The position numbers and the translations under genes are program-made. Below, one piece after another: positions 1 to 13,900 of a DNA stretch of 64,000 nt (position 1 is the stretch's first letter; the number at the start of each line of letters is the position of its first letter). Origin of the DNA: Macrostomum lignano (lineage: Eukaryota); assembly GCA_002269645.1 (NCBI GenBank), contig NIVC01004016.1, positions 291 to 64,290 of the forward strand, written 5' to 3'. The notes below the pieces were generated by a model, which did no database searches, had not been told where the DNA came from, and worked only from the letters and a program-made list of their open reading frames with translations.

Positions 1-1383
1 TTTATTTTTTGTTCTTATAAAGTTATAAGTATTAAAAACCATAAAACAATTTTCGCTAATAGTCCCATATATGAGACATTTAAAACAATATATTCTGTAC
101 TTTATTAGCCATCTCTTCAAAAATTTGAAAGTTATAAAGTCCTGATTTAGAGACACTATATAATTCAGAAGGAAACAGCATTCTGATTTTTATTTAGAGA
201 TTAGACCTACACTAAAACTTTCTTGAAAGTGGAGGTAAAGCTACTTTGAATTTGTTTTCCAGCATTTGTATGGCCTTCAAAATTGCTAGTTTTAATGAGT
301 GAAAAGAAGAAAGGCTTTATAAATTTTTAAAAACTTCAAAAGTTTGCATTTATAACTTTTTATAATTATAACTTTTATCTTAATTTAAAACAATAAATTT
401 CAACTCTGATTTAAGCATAACATTAACACAATAACAATTGCCCATGTAGTTCGCTCATTAATTTTCTTTTTTAAATAATGTTAAAAATGGTATATCTTGT
501 ACTTCGCATTCTCCAAGGCTTCTGTAGTTACAGTCGTAGACGTTTCTTGTTCTATTCATTTTGCCGAAACTATTGGGTTTATATGTGTCATCAAATCACT
601 GTATTATAAACACAGTATTAGTATTTGATTTTTAAAATTTTATTTAACACACTATACATACTTAGATGATGAAGAGAAAAAATTAAGATATTTATTCACT
701 TACAATTCCAACGCTGTTGGGCTCCGGCCCACGAAATTCCCTTTGGCGCGTCCTCCTTTTTTCTACTGTAAGCATTCTGATATGAGGAACAATACCAAAG
801 CGTAAAAAACAGGCGAATTTGTGAAAAGTTAAAAATTGAATTGATAAACCCTAAATCTTTTACTATGGTTCCAATTAGCTAGGGCATATGTTTATTTATT
901 TTTTAAAAAAATACCTTTTTTTAATTTTTTAATAGGAATTTTTACGTAGATTGAAAGCTTTTGATTCGATCTAATAAAAACAGAGCATTAATTTGTTATA
1001 GTTTTTGTGACGATAAAATTTTACCGGAAAACAACATACCATAGTAAAGTGTTAGAAGAGGCTAATTATGCCTAACCCTTGTGAAGAGACATGGGAGGGG
1101 TAGGGTAGTATATTTAGAGCGTCAGACTTTAAAATCCCACTAGTTTTATCGTTTCTTTACTTATTCAGCGAAGCAGGAGCGGTCTTCATGGGACTCGTTT
1201 CTGATGTACCCACCGATGTAGTGGCAAAAATTGAAATGGCGACTGGTATTAGGGATATTTTTCGTTCATGTTCATGGAAATTTAAAAAATCGCTGCAAAG
1301 AAAGATAGCGGAAGTGTCTCCAAAGCTTACCTCTTATATGAGGTAAACTAATCTAGCTGCAAGACAATGCTACAAGCTTTTAT

Positions 1384-1422
1384 CAAGGACCACTGTAATA
1401 TAGCTATATACAGTGGTCCTTG
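1384..1422. repeat. Near-perfect 39-bp palindrome bracketed by a 12-bp direct repeat
   Basis: Arms CAAGGACCACTGTA (1384-1397) and TACAGTGGTCCTTG (1409-1422) enclose A plus the palindrome TATAGCTATA. GCTTTTATCAAG occurs at 1376-1387 and 1423-1434. Confidence 0.9.
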
Positions 1423-1946
1423 GCTTTTATCAAGATAAGCTGGATTTTTAACAACAGAGTTCTTTTTGGGTAGATTAGAAAGAAATTAGGTTGCTCTTAA
1501 AGATTGAGCTGTTGTGTATTCAAACATATACAAGTACATAAATACTGTACTGTACGAAATTATAAGAAGCTTTCTGGTAGTTATAGAAGGCAAGGATAGG
1601 ATTAACTTATTAAATAGAGCATGAATAGTACGTATCAGCTAGTCATTCGCAATTACACCCTACAGCAAAGTATCTATCTTAACAACATTCGAGTGAATAT
1701 GCGCTGGAAAAATTTAAAGCGACAAGAGATTATGTTTACAATATAGCGCTATTGCTAACAGTCTGTTTTCCGACCCTATTTTAAAATTGATTTCAGCATG
1801 CATGTTTGTGGAGAGTTTATGTACAGTACGAGCTTGTACTAGCGAGGTAGTGAATCATAGCGTTAACAAGCTGCAATCCTAGGGGTGGCTGTTAACTGTT
1901 TTTTAATGCGATTGATATGATACGATCATCATCGTACGATCATTTC

Positions 1947-1970
1947 ATCATGTATGGTACCATACATGAT
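1947..1970. repeat. Perfect 24-bp palindrome abutting the left TIR
   Basis: ATCATGTATGGTACCATACATGAT equals its own reverse complement. Confidence 0.95.
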
Positions 1971-4900
1971 CAAGCGCGTCGCCACCGGGGGGGGGGGAAC
2001 AGGGGGAAAGTAAAAGCTATTGCCAATGCCCCCCTCACCACCACCTTGTGACTCGTTGTGGTAATTAATAATTTTTCTTAAGGGCGCTAAAATATAGCGC
2101 CTTCGGCGCCAAAATGAGTGCTGCGGCGCTAAAAGTAATGCCTGCGGCGCTAAAATGAGTATCTACGGCGCTAAAAGGAATGCCTGCGCGCTAAAATGAG
2201 TATCTACGGCGCTAAAAGGAATGCCTGCGCGCTAAAATGAGTATCTACGGCGCTAAAAGGAATGCCTGCGCGCTAAAATGAGTATCTACGGCGCTAAAAG
2301 GAATGCCTGCGGCGCTAAAATGAGTATCTACGGCGCTAAAAGGAATGCCTGCGGCGCTAAAATGAGTATCTACGGCGCTAAAAGGAATGCCTGCGGCGCT
2401 AAAATGAGTATCTACGGCGCTAAAAGGAATGCTCGCGGCGCTAAAATGAGTATCTACGGCGCTAAAAGGAATGCCTGCGGCGCTAAAATGAGTATCTACG
2501 GCGCTAAAAGGAATGCCTGCGGCGCTAAAATGAGTATCTACGGCGCTAAAATGAGTATCTACGGCGCTAAAAGGAATGCCTGCGGCGCTAAAATGAGTAT
2601 CTACGGCGCTAAAAGGAATGCCTGCGGCGCTAAAATGAGTATCTACGGCGCTAAAAGGAATGCCTGCGGCGCTAAAATGAGTATCTACGGCGCTAAAAGG
2701 AATGCCTGCGGCGCTAAAATGAGTATCTACGGCGCTAAAAGGAATGCCTGCGGCGCTAAAATGAGTATCTACGGCGCTAAAAGGAATGCCTGCGGCGCTA
2801 AAATGAGTATCTACGGCGCTAAAAGGAATGCCTGCGGCGCTAAAATGAGTATCTACGGCGCTAAAAGGAATGCCTGCGGCGCTAAAATGAGTATCTACGG
2901 CGCTAAAAGGAATGCCTGCGGCGCTAAAATGAGTATCTACGGCGCTAAAAGGAATGCCTGCGGCGCTAAAATGAGTATCTACGGCGCTAAAAGGAATGCC
3001 TGCGGCGCTAAAATGAGTATCTACGGCGCTAAAAGGAATGCCTGCGGCGCTAAAATGAGTATCTACGGCGCTAAAAGGAATGCCTGCGGCGCTAAAATGA
3101 GTATCTACGGCGCTAAAAGGAATGCCTGCGGCGCTAAAATGAGTATCTACGGCGCTAAAAGGAATGCCTGCGGCGCTAAAATGAGTATCTACGGCGCTAA
3201 AAGGAATGCCTGCGGCGCTAAAATGAGTATCTACGGCGCTAAAAGGAATGCCTGCGGCGCTAAAATGAGTATCTACGGCGCTAAAAGGAATGCCTGCGGC
3301 GCTAAAATGAGTATCTACGGCGCTAAAAGGAATGCCTGCGGCGCTAAAATGAGTATCTACGGCGCTAAAAGGAATGCCTGCGGCGCTAAAATGAGTATCT
3401 ACGGCGCTAAAAGGAATGCCTGCGGCGCTAAAATGAGTATCTACGGCGCTAAAAGGAATGCCTGCGGCGCTAAAATGAGTATCTACGGCGCTAAAAGGAA
3501 TGCCTGCGGCGCTAAAATGAGTATCTACGGCGCTAAAAGGAATGCCTGCGGCGCTAAAATGAGTATCTACGGCGCTAAAAGGAATGCCTGCGGCGCTAAA
3601 ATGAGTATCTACGGCGCTAAAAGGAATGCCTGCGGCGCTAAAATGAGTATCTACGGCGCTAAAAGGAATGCCTGCGGCGCTAAAATGAGTATCTACGGCG
3701 CTAAAAGGAATGCCTGCGGCGCTAAAATGAGTATCTACGGCGCTAAAAGGAATGCCTGCGGCGCTAAAATGAGTATCTACGGCGCTAAAAGGAATGCCTG
3801 CGGCGCTAAAATGAGTATCTACGGCGCTAAAAGGAATGCCTGCGGCGCTAAAATGAGTATCTACGGCGCTAAAAGGAATGCCTGCGGCGCTAAAATGAGT
3901 ATCTACGGCGCTAAAAGGAATGCCTGCGGCGCTAAAATGAGTATCTACGGCGCTAAAAGGAATGCCTGCGGCGCTAAAATGAGTATCTACGGCGCTAAAA
4001 GGAATGCCTGCGGCGCTAAAATGAGTATCTACGGCGCTAAAAGGAATGCCTGCGGCGCTAAAATGAGTATCTACGGCGCTAAAAGGAATGCCTGCGGCGC
4101 TAAAATGAGTATCTACGGCGCTAAAAGGAATGCCTGCGGCGCTAAAATGAGTATCTACGGCGCTAAAAGGAATGCCTGCGGCGCTAAAATGAGTATCTAC
4201 GGCGCTAAAAGGAATGCCTGCGGCGCTAAAATGAGTATCTACGGCGCTAAAAGGAATGCCTGCGGCGCTAAAATGAGTATCTACGGCGCTAAAAGGAATG
4301 CCTGCGGCGCTAAAATGAGTATCTACGGCGCTAAAAGGAATGCCTGCGGCGCTAAAATGAGTATCTACGGCGCTAAAAGGAATGCCTGCGGCGCTAAAAT
4401 GAGTATCTACGGCGCTAAAAGGAATGCCTGCGGCGCTAAAATGAGTATCTACGGCGCTAAAAGGAATGCCTGCGGCGCTAAAATGAGTATCTACGGCGCT
4501 AAAAGGAATGCCTGCGGCGCTAAAATGAGTATCTACGGCGCTAAAAGGAATGCCTGCGGCGCTAAAATGAGTATCTACGGCGCTAAAAGGAATGCCTGCG
4601 GCGCTAAAATGAGTATCTACGGCGCTAAAAGGAATGCCTGCGGCGCTAAAATGAGTATCTACGGCGCTAAAAGGAATGCCTGCGGCGCTAAAATGAGTAT
4701 CTACGGCGCTAAAAGGAATGCCTGCGGCGCTAAAATGAGTATCTACGGCGCTAAAAGGAATGCCTGCGGCGCTAAAATGAGTATCTACGGCGCTAAAAGG
4801 AATGCCTGCGGCGCTAAAATGAGTATCTACGGCGCTAAAAGGAATGCCTGCGGCGCTAAAATGAGTATCTACGGCGCTAAAATGAGTATCTACGGCGCTA

Positions 4901-7900
4901 AAAGGAATGCCTGCGGCGCTAAAATGAGTATCTACGGCGCTAAAAGGAATGCCTGCGGCGCTAAAATGAGTATCTACGGCGCTAAAAGGAATGCCTGCGG
5001 CGCTAAAATGAGTATCTACGGCGCTAAAAGGAATGCCTGCGGCGCTAAAATGAGTATCTACGGCGCTAAAAGGAATGCCTGCGGCGCTAAAATGAGTATC
5101 TACGGCGCTAAAAGGAATGCCTGCGGCGCTAAAATGAGTATCTACGGCGCTAAAAGGAATGCCTGCGGCGCTAAAATGAGTATCTACGGCGCTAAAAGGA
5201 ATGCCTGCGGCGCTAAAATGAGTATCTACGGCGCTAAAAGGAATGCCTGCGGCGCTAAAATGAGTATCTACGGCGCTAAAAGGAATGCCTGCGGCGCTAA
5301 AATGAGTATCTACGGCGCTAAAAGGAATGCCTGCGGCGCTAAAATGAGTATCTACGGCGCTAAAAGGAATGCCTGCGGCGCTAAAATGAGTATCTACGGC
5401 GCTAAAAGGAATGCCTGCGGCGCTAAAATGAGTATCTACGGCGCTAAAAGGATCTGCGGCGCTAAAAGGAATGCCTGCGGCGCTAAAATGAGTATCTACG
5501 GCGCTAAAAGGAATGCCTGCGGCGCTAAAATGAGTATCTACGGCGCTAAAAGGAATGCCTGCGGCGCTAAAATGAGTATCTACGGCGCTAAAAGGAATGC
5601 CTGCGGCGCTAAAATGAGTATCTACGGCGCTAAAAGGAATGCCTGCGGCGCTAAAATGAGTATCTACGGCGCTAAAAGGAATGCCTGCGGCGCTAAAATG
5701 AGTATCTACGGCGCTAAAAGGAATGCCTGCGGCGCTAAAATGAGTATCTACGGCGCTAAAAGGAATGCCTGCGGCGCTAAAATGAGTATCTACGGCGCTA
5801 AAAGGAATGCCTGCGGCGCTAAAATGAGTATCTACGGCGCTAAAAGGAATGCCTGCGGCGCTAAAATGAGTATCTACGGCGCTAAAAGGAATGCCTGCGG
5901 CGCTAAAATGAGTATCTACGGCGCTAAAAGGAATGCCTGCGGCGCTAAAATGAGTATCTACGGCGCTAAAAGGAATGCCTGCGGCGCTAAAATGAGTATC
6001 TACGGCGCTAAAAGGAATGCCTGCGGCGCTAAAATGCTACGGCGCTAAATGAGTATCTACGGCGCTAAAAGGAATGCCTGCGGCGCTAAAATGAGTATCT
6101 ACGGCGCTAAAAGGAATGCCTGCGGCGCTAAAATGAGTATCTACGGCGCTAAAAGGAATGCCTGCGGCGCTAAAATGAGTATCTACGGCGCTAAAAGGAA
6201 TGCCTGCGGCGCTAAAATGAGTATCTACGGCGCTAAAAGGAATGCCTGCGGCGCTAAAATGAGTATCTACGGCGCTAAAAGGAATGCCTGCGGCGCTAAA
6301 ATGAGTATCTACGGCGCTAAAAGGAATGCCTGCGGCGCTAAAATGAGTATCTACGGCGCTAAAAGGAATGCCTGCGGCGCTAAAATGAGTATCTACGGCG
6401 CTAAAAGGAATGCCTGCGGCGCTAAAATGAGTATCTACGGCGCTAAAAGGAATGCCTGCGGCGCTAAAATGAGTATCTACGGCGCTAAAAGGAATGCCTG
6501 CGGCGCTAAAATGAGTATCTACGGCGCTAAAAGGAATGCCTGCGGCGCTAAAATGAGTATCTACGGCGCTAAAAGGAATGCCTGCGGCGCTAAAATGAGT
6601 ATCTACGGCGCTAAAAGGAATGCCTGCGGCGCTAAAATGAGTATCTACGGCGCTAAAAGGAATGCCTGCGGCGCTAAAATGAGTATCTACGGCGCTAAAA
6701 GGAATGCCTGCGGCGCTAAAATGAGTATCTACGGCGCTAAAAGGAATGCCTGCGGCGCTAAAATGAGTATCTACGGCGCTAAAAGGAATGCCTGCGGCGC
6801 TAAAATGAGTATCTACGGCGCTAAAAGGAATGCCTGCGGCGCTAAAATGAGTATCTACGGCGCTAAAAGGAATGCCTGCGGCGCTAAAATGAGTATCTAC
6901 GGCGCTAAAAGGAATGCCTGCGGCGCTAAAATGAGTATCTACGGCGCTAAAAGGAATGCCTGCGGCGCTAAAATGAGTATCTACGGCGCTAAAAGGAATG
7001 CCTGCGGCGCTAAAATGAGTATCTACGGCGCTAAAATGAGTATCTACGGCGCTAAAAGGAATGCCTGCGGCGCTAAAATGAGTATCTACGGCGCTAAAAG
7101 GAATGCCTGCGGCGCTAAAATGAGTATCTACGGCGCTAAAAGGAATGCCTGCGGCGCTAAAATGAGTATCTACGGCGCTAAAAGGAATGCCTGCGGCGCT
7201 AAAATGAGTATCTACGGCGCTAAAAGGAATGCCTGCGGCGCTAAAATGAGTATCTACGGCGCTAAAAGGAATGCCTGCGGCGCTAAAATGAGTATCTACG
7301 GCGCTAAAAGGAATGCCTGCGGCGCTAAAATGAGTATCTACGGCGCTAAAAGGAATGCCTGCGGCGCTAAAATGAGTATCTACGGCGCTAAAAGGAATGC
7401 CTGCGGCGCTAAAATGAGTATCTACGGCGCTAAAAGGAATGCCTGCGGCGCTAAAATGAGTATCTACGGCGCTAAAAGGAATGCCTGCGGCGCTAAAATG
7501 AGTATCTACGGCGCTAAAAGGAATGCCTGCGGCGCTAAAATGAGTATCTACGGCGCTAAAAGGAATGCCTGCGGCGCTAAAATGAGTATCTACGGCGCTA
7601 AAAGGAATGCCTGCGGCGCTAAAATGAGTATCTACGGCGCTAAAAGGAATGCCTGCGGCGCTAAAATGAGTATCTACGGCGCTAAAAGGAATGCCTGCGG
7701 CGCTAAAATGAGTATCTACGGCGCTAAAAGGAATGCCTGCGGCGCTAAAATGAGTATCTACGGCGCTAAAAGGAATGCCTGCGGCGCTAAAATGAGTATC
7801 TACGGCGCTAAAAGGAATGCCTGCGGCGCTAAAATGAGTATCTACGGCGCTAAAAGGAATGCCTGCGGCGCTAAAATGAGTATCTACGGCGCTAAAAGGA

Positions 7901-10900
7901 ATGCCTGCGGCGCTAAAATGAGTATCTACGGCGCTAAAAGGAATGCCTGCGGCGCTAAAATGAGTATCTACGGCGCTAAAAGGAATGCCTGCGGCGCTAA
8001 AATGAGTATCTACGGCGCTAAAAGGAATGCCTGCGGCGCTAAAATGAGTATCTACGGCGCTAAAAGGAATGCCTGCGGCGCTAAAATGAGTATCTACGGC
8101 GCTAAAAGGAATGCCTGCGGCGCTAAAATGAGTATCTACGGCGCTAAAAGGAATGCCTGCGGCGCTAAAATGAGTATCTACGGCGCTAAAAGGAATGCCT
8201 GCGGCGCTAAAATGAGTATCTACGGCGCTAAAAGGAATGCCTGCGGCGCTAAAATGAGTATCTACGGCGCTAAAAGGAATGCCTGCGGCGCTAAAATGAG
8301 TATCTACGGCGCTAAAAGGAATGCCTGCGGCGCTAAAATGAGTATCTACGGCGCTAAAAGGAATGCCTGCGGCGCTAAAATGAGTATCTACGGCGCTAAA
8401 AGGAATGCCTGCGGCGCTAAAATGAGTATCTACGGCGCTAAAAGGAATGCCTGCGGCGCTAAAATGAGTATCTACGGCGCTAAAAGGAATGCCTGCGGCG
8501 CTAAAATGAGTATCTACGGCGCTAAAAGGAATGCCTGCGGCGCTAAAATGAGTATCTACGGCGCTAAAAGGAATGCCTGCGGCGCTAAAATGAGTATCTA
8601 CGGCGCTAAAAGGAATGCCTGCGGCGCTAAAATGAGTATCTACGGCGCTAAAAGGAATGCCTGCGGCGCTAAAATGAGTATCTACGGCGCTAAAAGGAAT
8701 GCCTGCGGCGCTAAAATGAGTATCTACGGCGCTAAAAGGAATGCCTGCGGCGCTAAAATGAGTATCTACGGCGCTAAAAGGAATGCCTGCGGCGCTAAAA
8801 TGAGTATCTACGGCGCTAAAAGGAATGCCTGCGGCGCTAAAATGAGTATCTACGGCGCTAAAAGGAATGCCTGCGGCGCTAAAATGAGTATCTACGGCGC
8901 TAAAAGGAATGCCTGCGGCGCTAAAATGAGTATCTACGGCGCTAAAAGGAATGCCTGCGGCGCTAAAATGAGTATCTACGGCGCTAAAAGGAATGCCTGC
9001 GGCGCTAAAATGAGTATCTACGGCGCTAAAAGGAATGCCTGCGGCGCTAAAATGAGTATCTACGGCGCTAAAAGGAATGCCTGCGGCGCTAAAATGAGTA
9101 TCTACGGCGCTAAAAGGAATGCCTGCGGCGCTAAAATGAGTATCTACGGCGCTAAAAGGAATGCCTGCGGCGCTAAAATGAGTATCTACGGCGCTAAAAG
9201 GAATGCCTGCGGCGCTAAAATGAGTATCTACGGCGCTAAAAGGAATGCCTGCGGCGCTAAAATGAGTATCTACGGCGCTAAAAGGAATGCCTGCGGCGCT
9301 AAAATGAGTATCTACGGCGCTAAAAGGAATGCCTGCGGCGCTAAAATGAGTATCTACGGCGCTAAAAGGAATGCCTGCGGCGCTAAAATGAGTATCTACG
9401 GCGCTAAAAGGAATGCCTGCGGCGCTAAAATGAGTATCTACGGCGCTAAAAGGAATGCCTGCGGCGCTAAAATGAGTATCTACGGCGCTAAAAGGAATGC
9501 CTGCGGCGCTAAAATGAGTATCTACGGCGCTAAAAGGAATGCCTGCGGCGCTAAAATGAGTATCTACGGCGCTAAAAGGAATGCCTGCGGCGCTAAAATG
9601 AGTATCTACGGCGCTAAAAGGAATGCCTGCGGCGCTAAAATGAGTATCTACGGCGCTAAAAGGAATGCCTGCGGCGCTAAAATGAGTATCTACGGCGCTA
9701 AAAGGAATGCCTGCGGCGCTAAAATGAGTATCTACGGCGCTAAAAGGAATGCCTGCGGCGCTAAAATGAGTATCTACGGCGCTAAAAGGAATGCCTGCGG
9801 CGCTAAAATGAGTATCTACGGCGCTAAAAGGAATGCCTGCGGCGCTAAAATGAGTATCTACGGCGCTAAAAGGAATGCCTGCGGCGCTAAAATGAGTATC
9901 TACGGCGCTAAAAGGAATGCCTGCGGCGCTAAAATGAGTATCTACGGCGCTAAAAGGAATGCCTGCGGCGCTAAAATGAGTATCTACGGCGCTAAAAGGA
10001 ATGCCTGCGGCGCTAAAATGAGTATCTACGGCGCTAAAAGGAATGCCTGCGGCGCTAAAATGAGTATCTACGGCGCTAAAAGGAATGCCTGCGGCGCTAA
10101 AATGAGTATCTACGGCGCTAAAAGGAATGCCTGCGGCGCTAAAATGAGTATCTACGGCGCTAAAAGGAATGCCTGCGGCGCTAAAATGAGTATCTACGGC
10201 GCTAAAAGGAATGCCTGCGGCGCTAAAATGAGTATCTACGGCGCTAAAAGGAATGCCTGCGGCGCTAAAATGAGTATCTACGGCGCTAAAAGGAATGCCT
10301 GCGGCGCTAAAATGAGTATCTACGGCGCTAAAAGGAATGCCTGCGGCGCTAAAATGAGTATCTACGGCGCTAAAAGGAATGCCTGCGGCGCTAAAATGAG
10401 TATCTACGGCGCTAAAAGGAATGCCTGCGGCGCTAAAATGAGTATCTACGGCGCTAAAAGGAATGCCTGCGGCGCTAAAATGAGTATCTACGGCGCTAAA
10501 AGGAATGCCTGCGGCGCTAAAATGAGTATCTACGGCGCTAAAAGGAATGCCTGCGGCGCTAAAATGAGTATCTACGGCGCTAAAAGGAATGCCTGCGGCG
10601 CTAAAATGAGTATCTACGGCGCTAAAAGGAATGCCTGCGGCGCTAAAATGAGTATCTACGGCGCTAAAAGGAATGCCTGCGGCGCTAAAATGAGTATCTA
10701 CGGCGCTAAAAGGAACGGCGCTAAAAGCCTGCGGCGCTAAAATGAGTATCTACGGCGCTAAAAGGAATGCCTGCGGCGCTAAAATGAGTATCTACGGCGC
10801 TAAAAGGAATGCCTGCGGCGCTAAAATGAGTATCTACGGCGCTAAAAGGAATGCCTGCGGCGCTAAAATGAGTATCTACGGCGCTAAAAGGAATGCCTGC

Positions 10901-13900
10901 GGCGCTAAAATGAGTATCTACGGCGCTAAAAGGAATGCCTGCGGCGCTAAAATGAGTATCTACGGCGCTAAAAGGAATGCCTGCGGCGCTAAAATGAGTA
11001 TCTACGGCGCTAAAAGGAATGCCTGCGGCGCTAAAATGAGTATCTACGGCGCTAAAAGGAATGCCTGCGGCGCTAAAATGAGTATCTACGGCGCTAAAAG
11101 GAATGCCTGCGGCGCTAAAATGAGTATCTACGGCGCTAAAAGGATCTACGGCGCTAAAAGGAATGCCTGCGGCGCTAAAATGAGTATCTACGGCGCTAAA
11201 AGGAATGCCTGCGGCGCTAAAATGAGTATCTACGGCGCTAAAAGGAATGCCTGCGGCGCTAAAATGAGTATCTACGGCGCTAAAAGGAATGCCTGCGGCG
11301 CTAAAATGAGTATCTACGGCGCTAAAAGGAATGCCTGCGGCGCTAAAATGAGTATCTACGGCGCTAAAAGGAATGCCTGCGGCGCTAAAATGAGTATCTA
11401 CGGCGCTAAAAGGAATGCCTGCGGCGCTAAAAGGAATGCCTGCGGCGCTAAAATGAGTATCTACGGCGCTAAAAGGAATGCCTGCGGCGCTAAAATGAGT
11501 ATCTACGGCGCTAAAAGGAATGCCTGCGGCGCTAAAATGAGTATCTACGGCGCTAAAAGGAATGCCTGCGGCGCTAAAATGAGTATCTACGGCGCTAAAA
11601 GGAATGCCTGCGGCGCTAAAATGAGTATCTACGGCGCTAAAAGGAATGCCTGCGGCGCTAAAATGAGTATCTACGGCGCTAAAAGGAATGCCTGCGGCGC
11701 TAAAATGAGTATCTACGGCGCTAAAAGGAATGCCTGCGGCGCTAAAATGAGTATCTACGGCGCTAAAAGGGCGCTAATGCCTGCGGCGCTAAAATGAGTA
11801 TCTACGGCGCTAAAAGGAATGCCTGCGGCGCTAAAATGAGTATCTACGGCGCTAAAAGGAATGCCTGCGGCGCTAAAATGAGTATCTACGGCGCTAAAAG
11901 GAATGCCTGCGGCGCTAAAATGAGTATCTACGGCGCTAAAAGGAATGCCTGCGGCGCTAAAATGAGTATCTACGGCGCTAAAAGGAATGCCTGCGGCGCT
12001 AAAATGAGTATCTACGGCGCTAAAAGGAATGCCTGCGGCGCTAAAATGAGTATCTACGGCGCTAAAAGGAATGCCTGCGGCGCTAAAATGAGTATCTACG
12101 GCGCTAAAAGGAATGCCTGCGGCGCTAAAATGAGTATCTACGGCGCTAAAAGGAATGCCTGCGGCGCTAAAATGAGTATCTACGGCGCTAAAAGGAATGC
12201 CTGCGGCGCTAAAATGAGTATCTACGGCGCTAAAAGGAATGCCTGCGGCGCTAAAATGAGTATCTACGGCGCTAAAAGGAATGCCTGCGGCGCTAAAATG
12301 AGTATCTACGGCGCTAAAAGGAATGCCTGCGGCGCTAAAATGAGTATCTACGGCGCTAAAAGGAATGCCTGCGGCGCTAAAATGAGTATCTACGGCGCTA
12401 AAAGGAATGCCTGCGGCGCTAAAATGAGTATCTACGGCGCTAAAAGGAATGCCTGCGGCGCTAAAATGAGTATCTACGGCGCTAAAAGGAATGCCTGCGG
12501 CGCTAAAATGAGTATCTACGGCGCTAAAAGGAATGCCTGCGGCGCTAAAATGAGTATCTACGGCGCTAAAAGGAATGCCTGCGGCGCTAAAATGAGTATC
12601 TACGGCGCTAAAAGGAATGCCTGCGGCGCTAAAATGAGTATCTACGGCGCTAAAAGGAATGCCTGCGGCGCTAAAATGAGTATCTACGGCGCTAAAAGGA
12701 ATGCCTGCGGCGCTAAAATGAGTATCTACGGCGCTAAAAGGAATGCCTGCGGCGCTAAAATGAGTATCTACGGCGCTAAAAGGAATGCCTGCGGCGCTAA
12801 AATGAGTATCTACGGCGCTAAAAGGAATGCCTGCGGCGCTAAAATGAGTATCTACGGCGCTAAAAGGAATGCCTGCGGCGCTAAAATGAGTATCTACGGC
12901 GCTAAAAGGAATGCCTGCGGCGCTAAAATGAGTATCTACGGCGCTAAAAGGAATGCCTGCGGCGCTAAAATGAGTATCTACGGCGCTAAAAGGAATGCCT
13001 GCGGCGCTAAAATGAGTATCTACGGCGCTAAAAGGAATGCCTGCGGCGCTAAAATGAGTATCTACGGCGCTAAAAGGAATGCCTGCGGCGCTAAAATGAG
13101 TATCTACGGCGCTAAAAGGAATGCCTGCGGCGCTAAAATGAGTATCTACGGCGCTAAAAGGAATGCCTGCGGCGCTAAAATGAGTATCTACGGCGCTAAA
13201 AGGAATGCCTGCGGCGCTAAAATGAGTATCTACGGCGCTAAAAGGAATGCCTGCGGCGCTAAAATGAGTATCTACGGCGCTAAAAGGAATGCCTGCGGCG
13301 CTAAAATGAGTATCTACGGCGCTAAAAGGAATGCCTGCGGCGCTAAAATGAGTATCTACGGCGCTAAAAGGAATGCCTGCGGCGCTAAAATGAGTATCTA
13401 CGGCGCTAAAAGGAATGCCTGCGGCGCTAAAATGAGTATCTACGGCGCTAAAAGGAATGCCTGCGGCGCTAAAATGAGTATCTACGGCGCTAAAAGGAAT
13501 GCCTGCGGCGCTAAAATGAGTATCTACGGCGCTAAAAGGAATGCCTGCGGCGCTAAAATGAGTATCTACGGCGCTAAAAGGAATGCCTGCGGCGCTAAAA
13601 TGAGTATCTACGGCGCTAAAAGGAATGCCTGCGGCGCTAAAATGAGTATCTACGGCGCTAAAAGGAATGCCTGCGGCGCTAAAATGAGTATCTACGGCGC
13701 TAAAAGGAATGCCTGCGGCGCTAAAATGAGTATCTACGGCGCTAAAAGGAATGCCTGCGGCGCTAAAATGAGTATCTACGGCGCTAAAAGGAATGCCTGC
13801 GGCGCTAAAATGAGTATCTACGGCGCTAAAAGGAATGCCTGCGGCGCTAAAATGAGTATCTACGGCGCTAAAAGGAATGCCTGCGGCGCTAAAATGAGTA

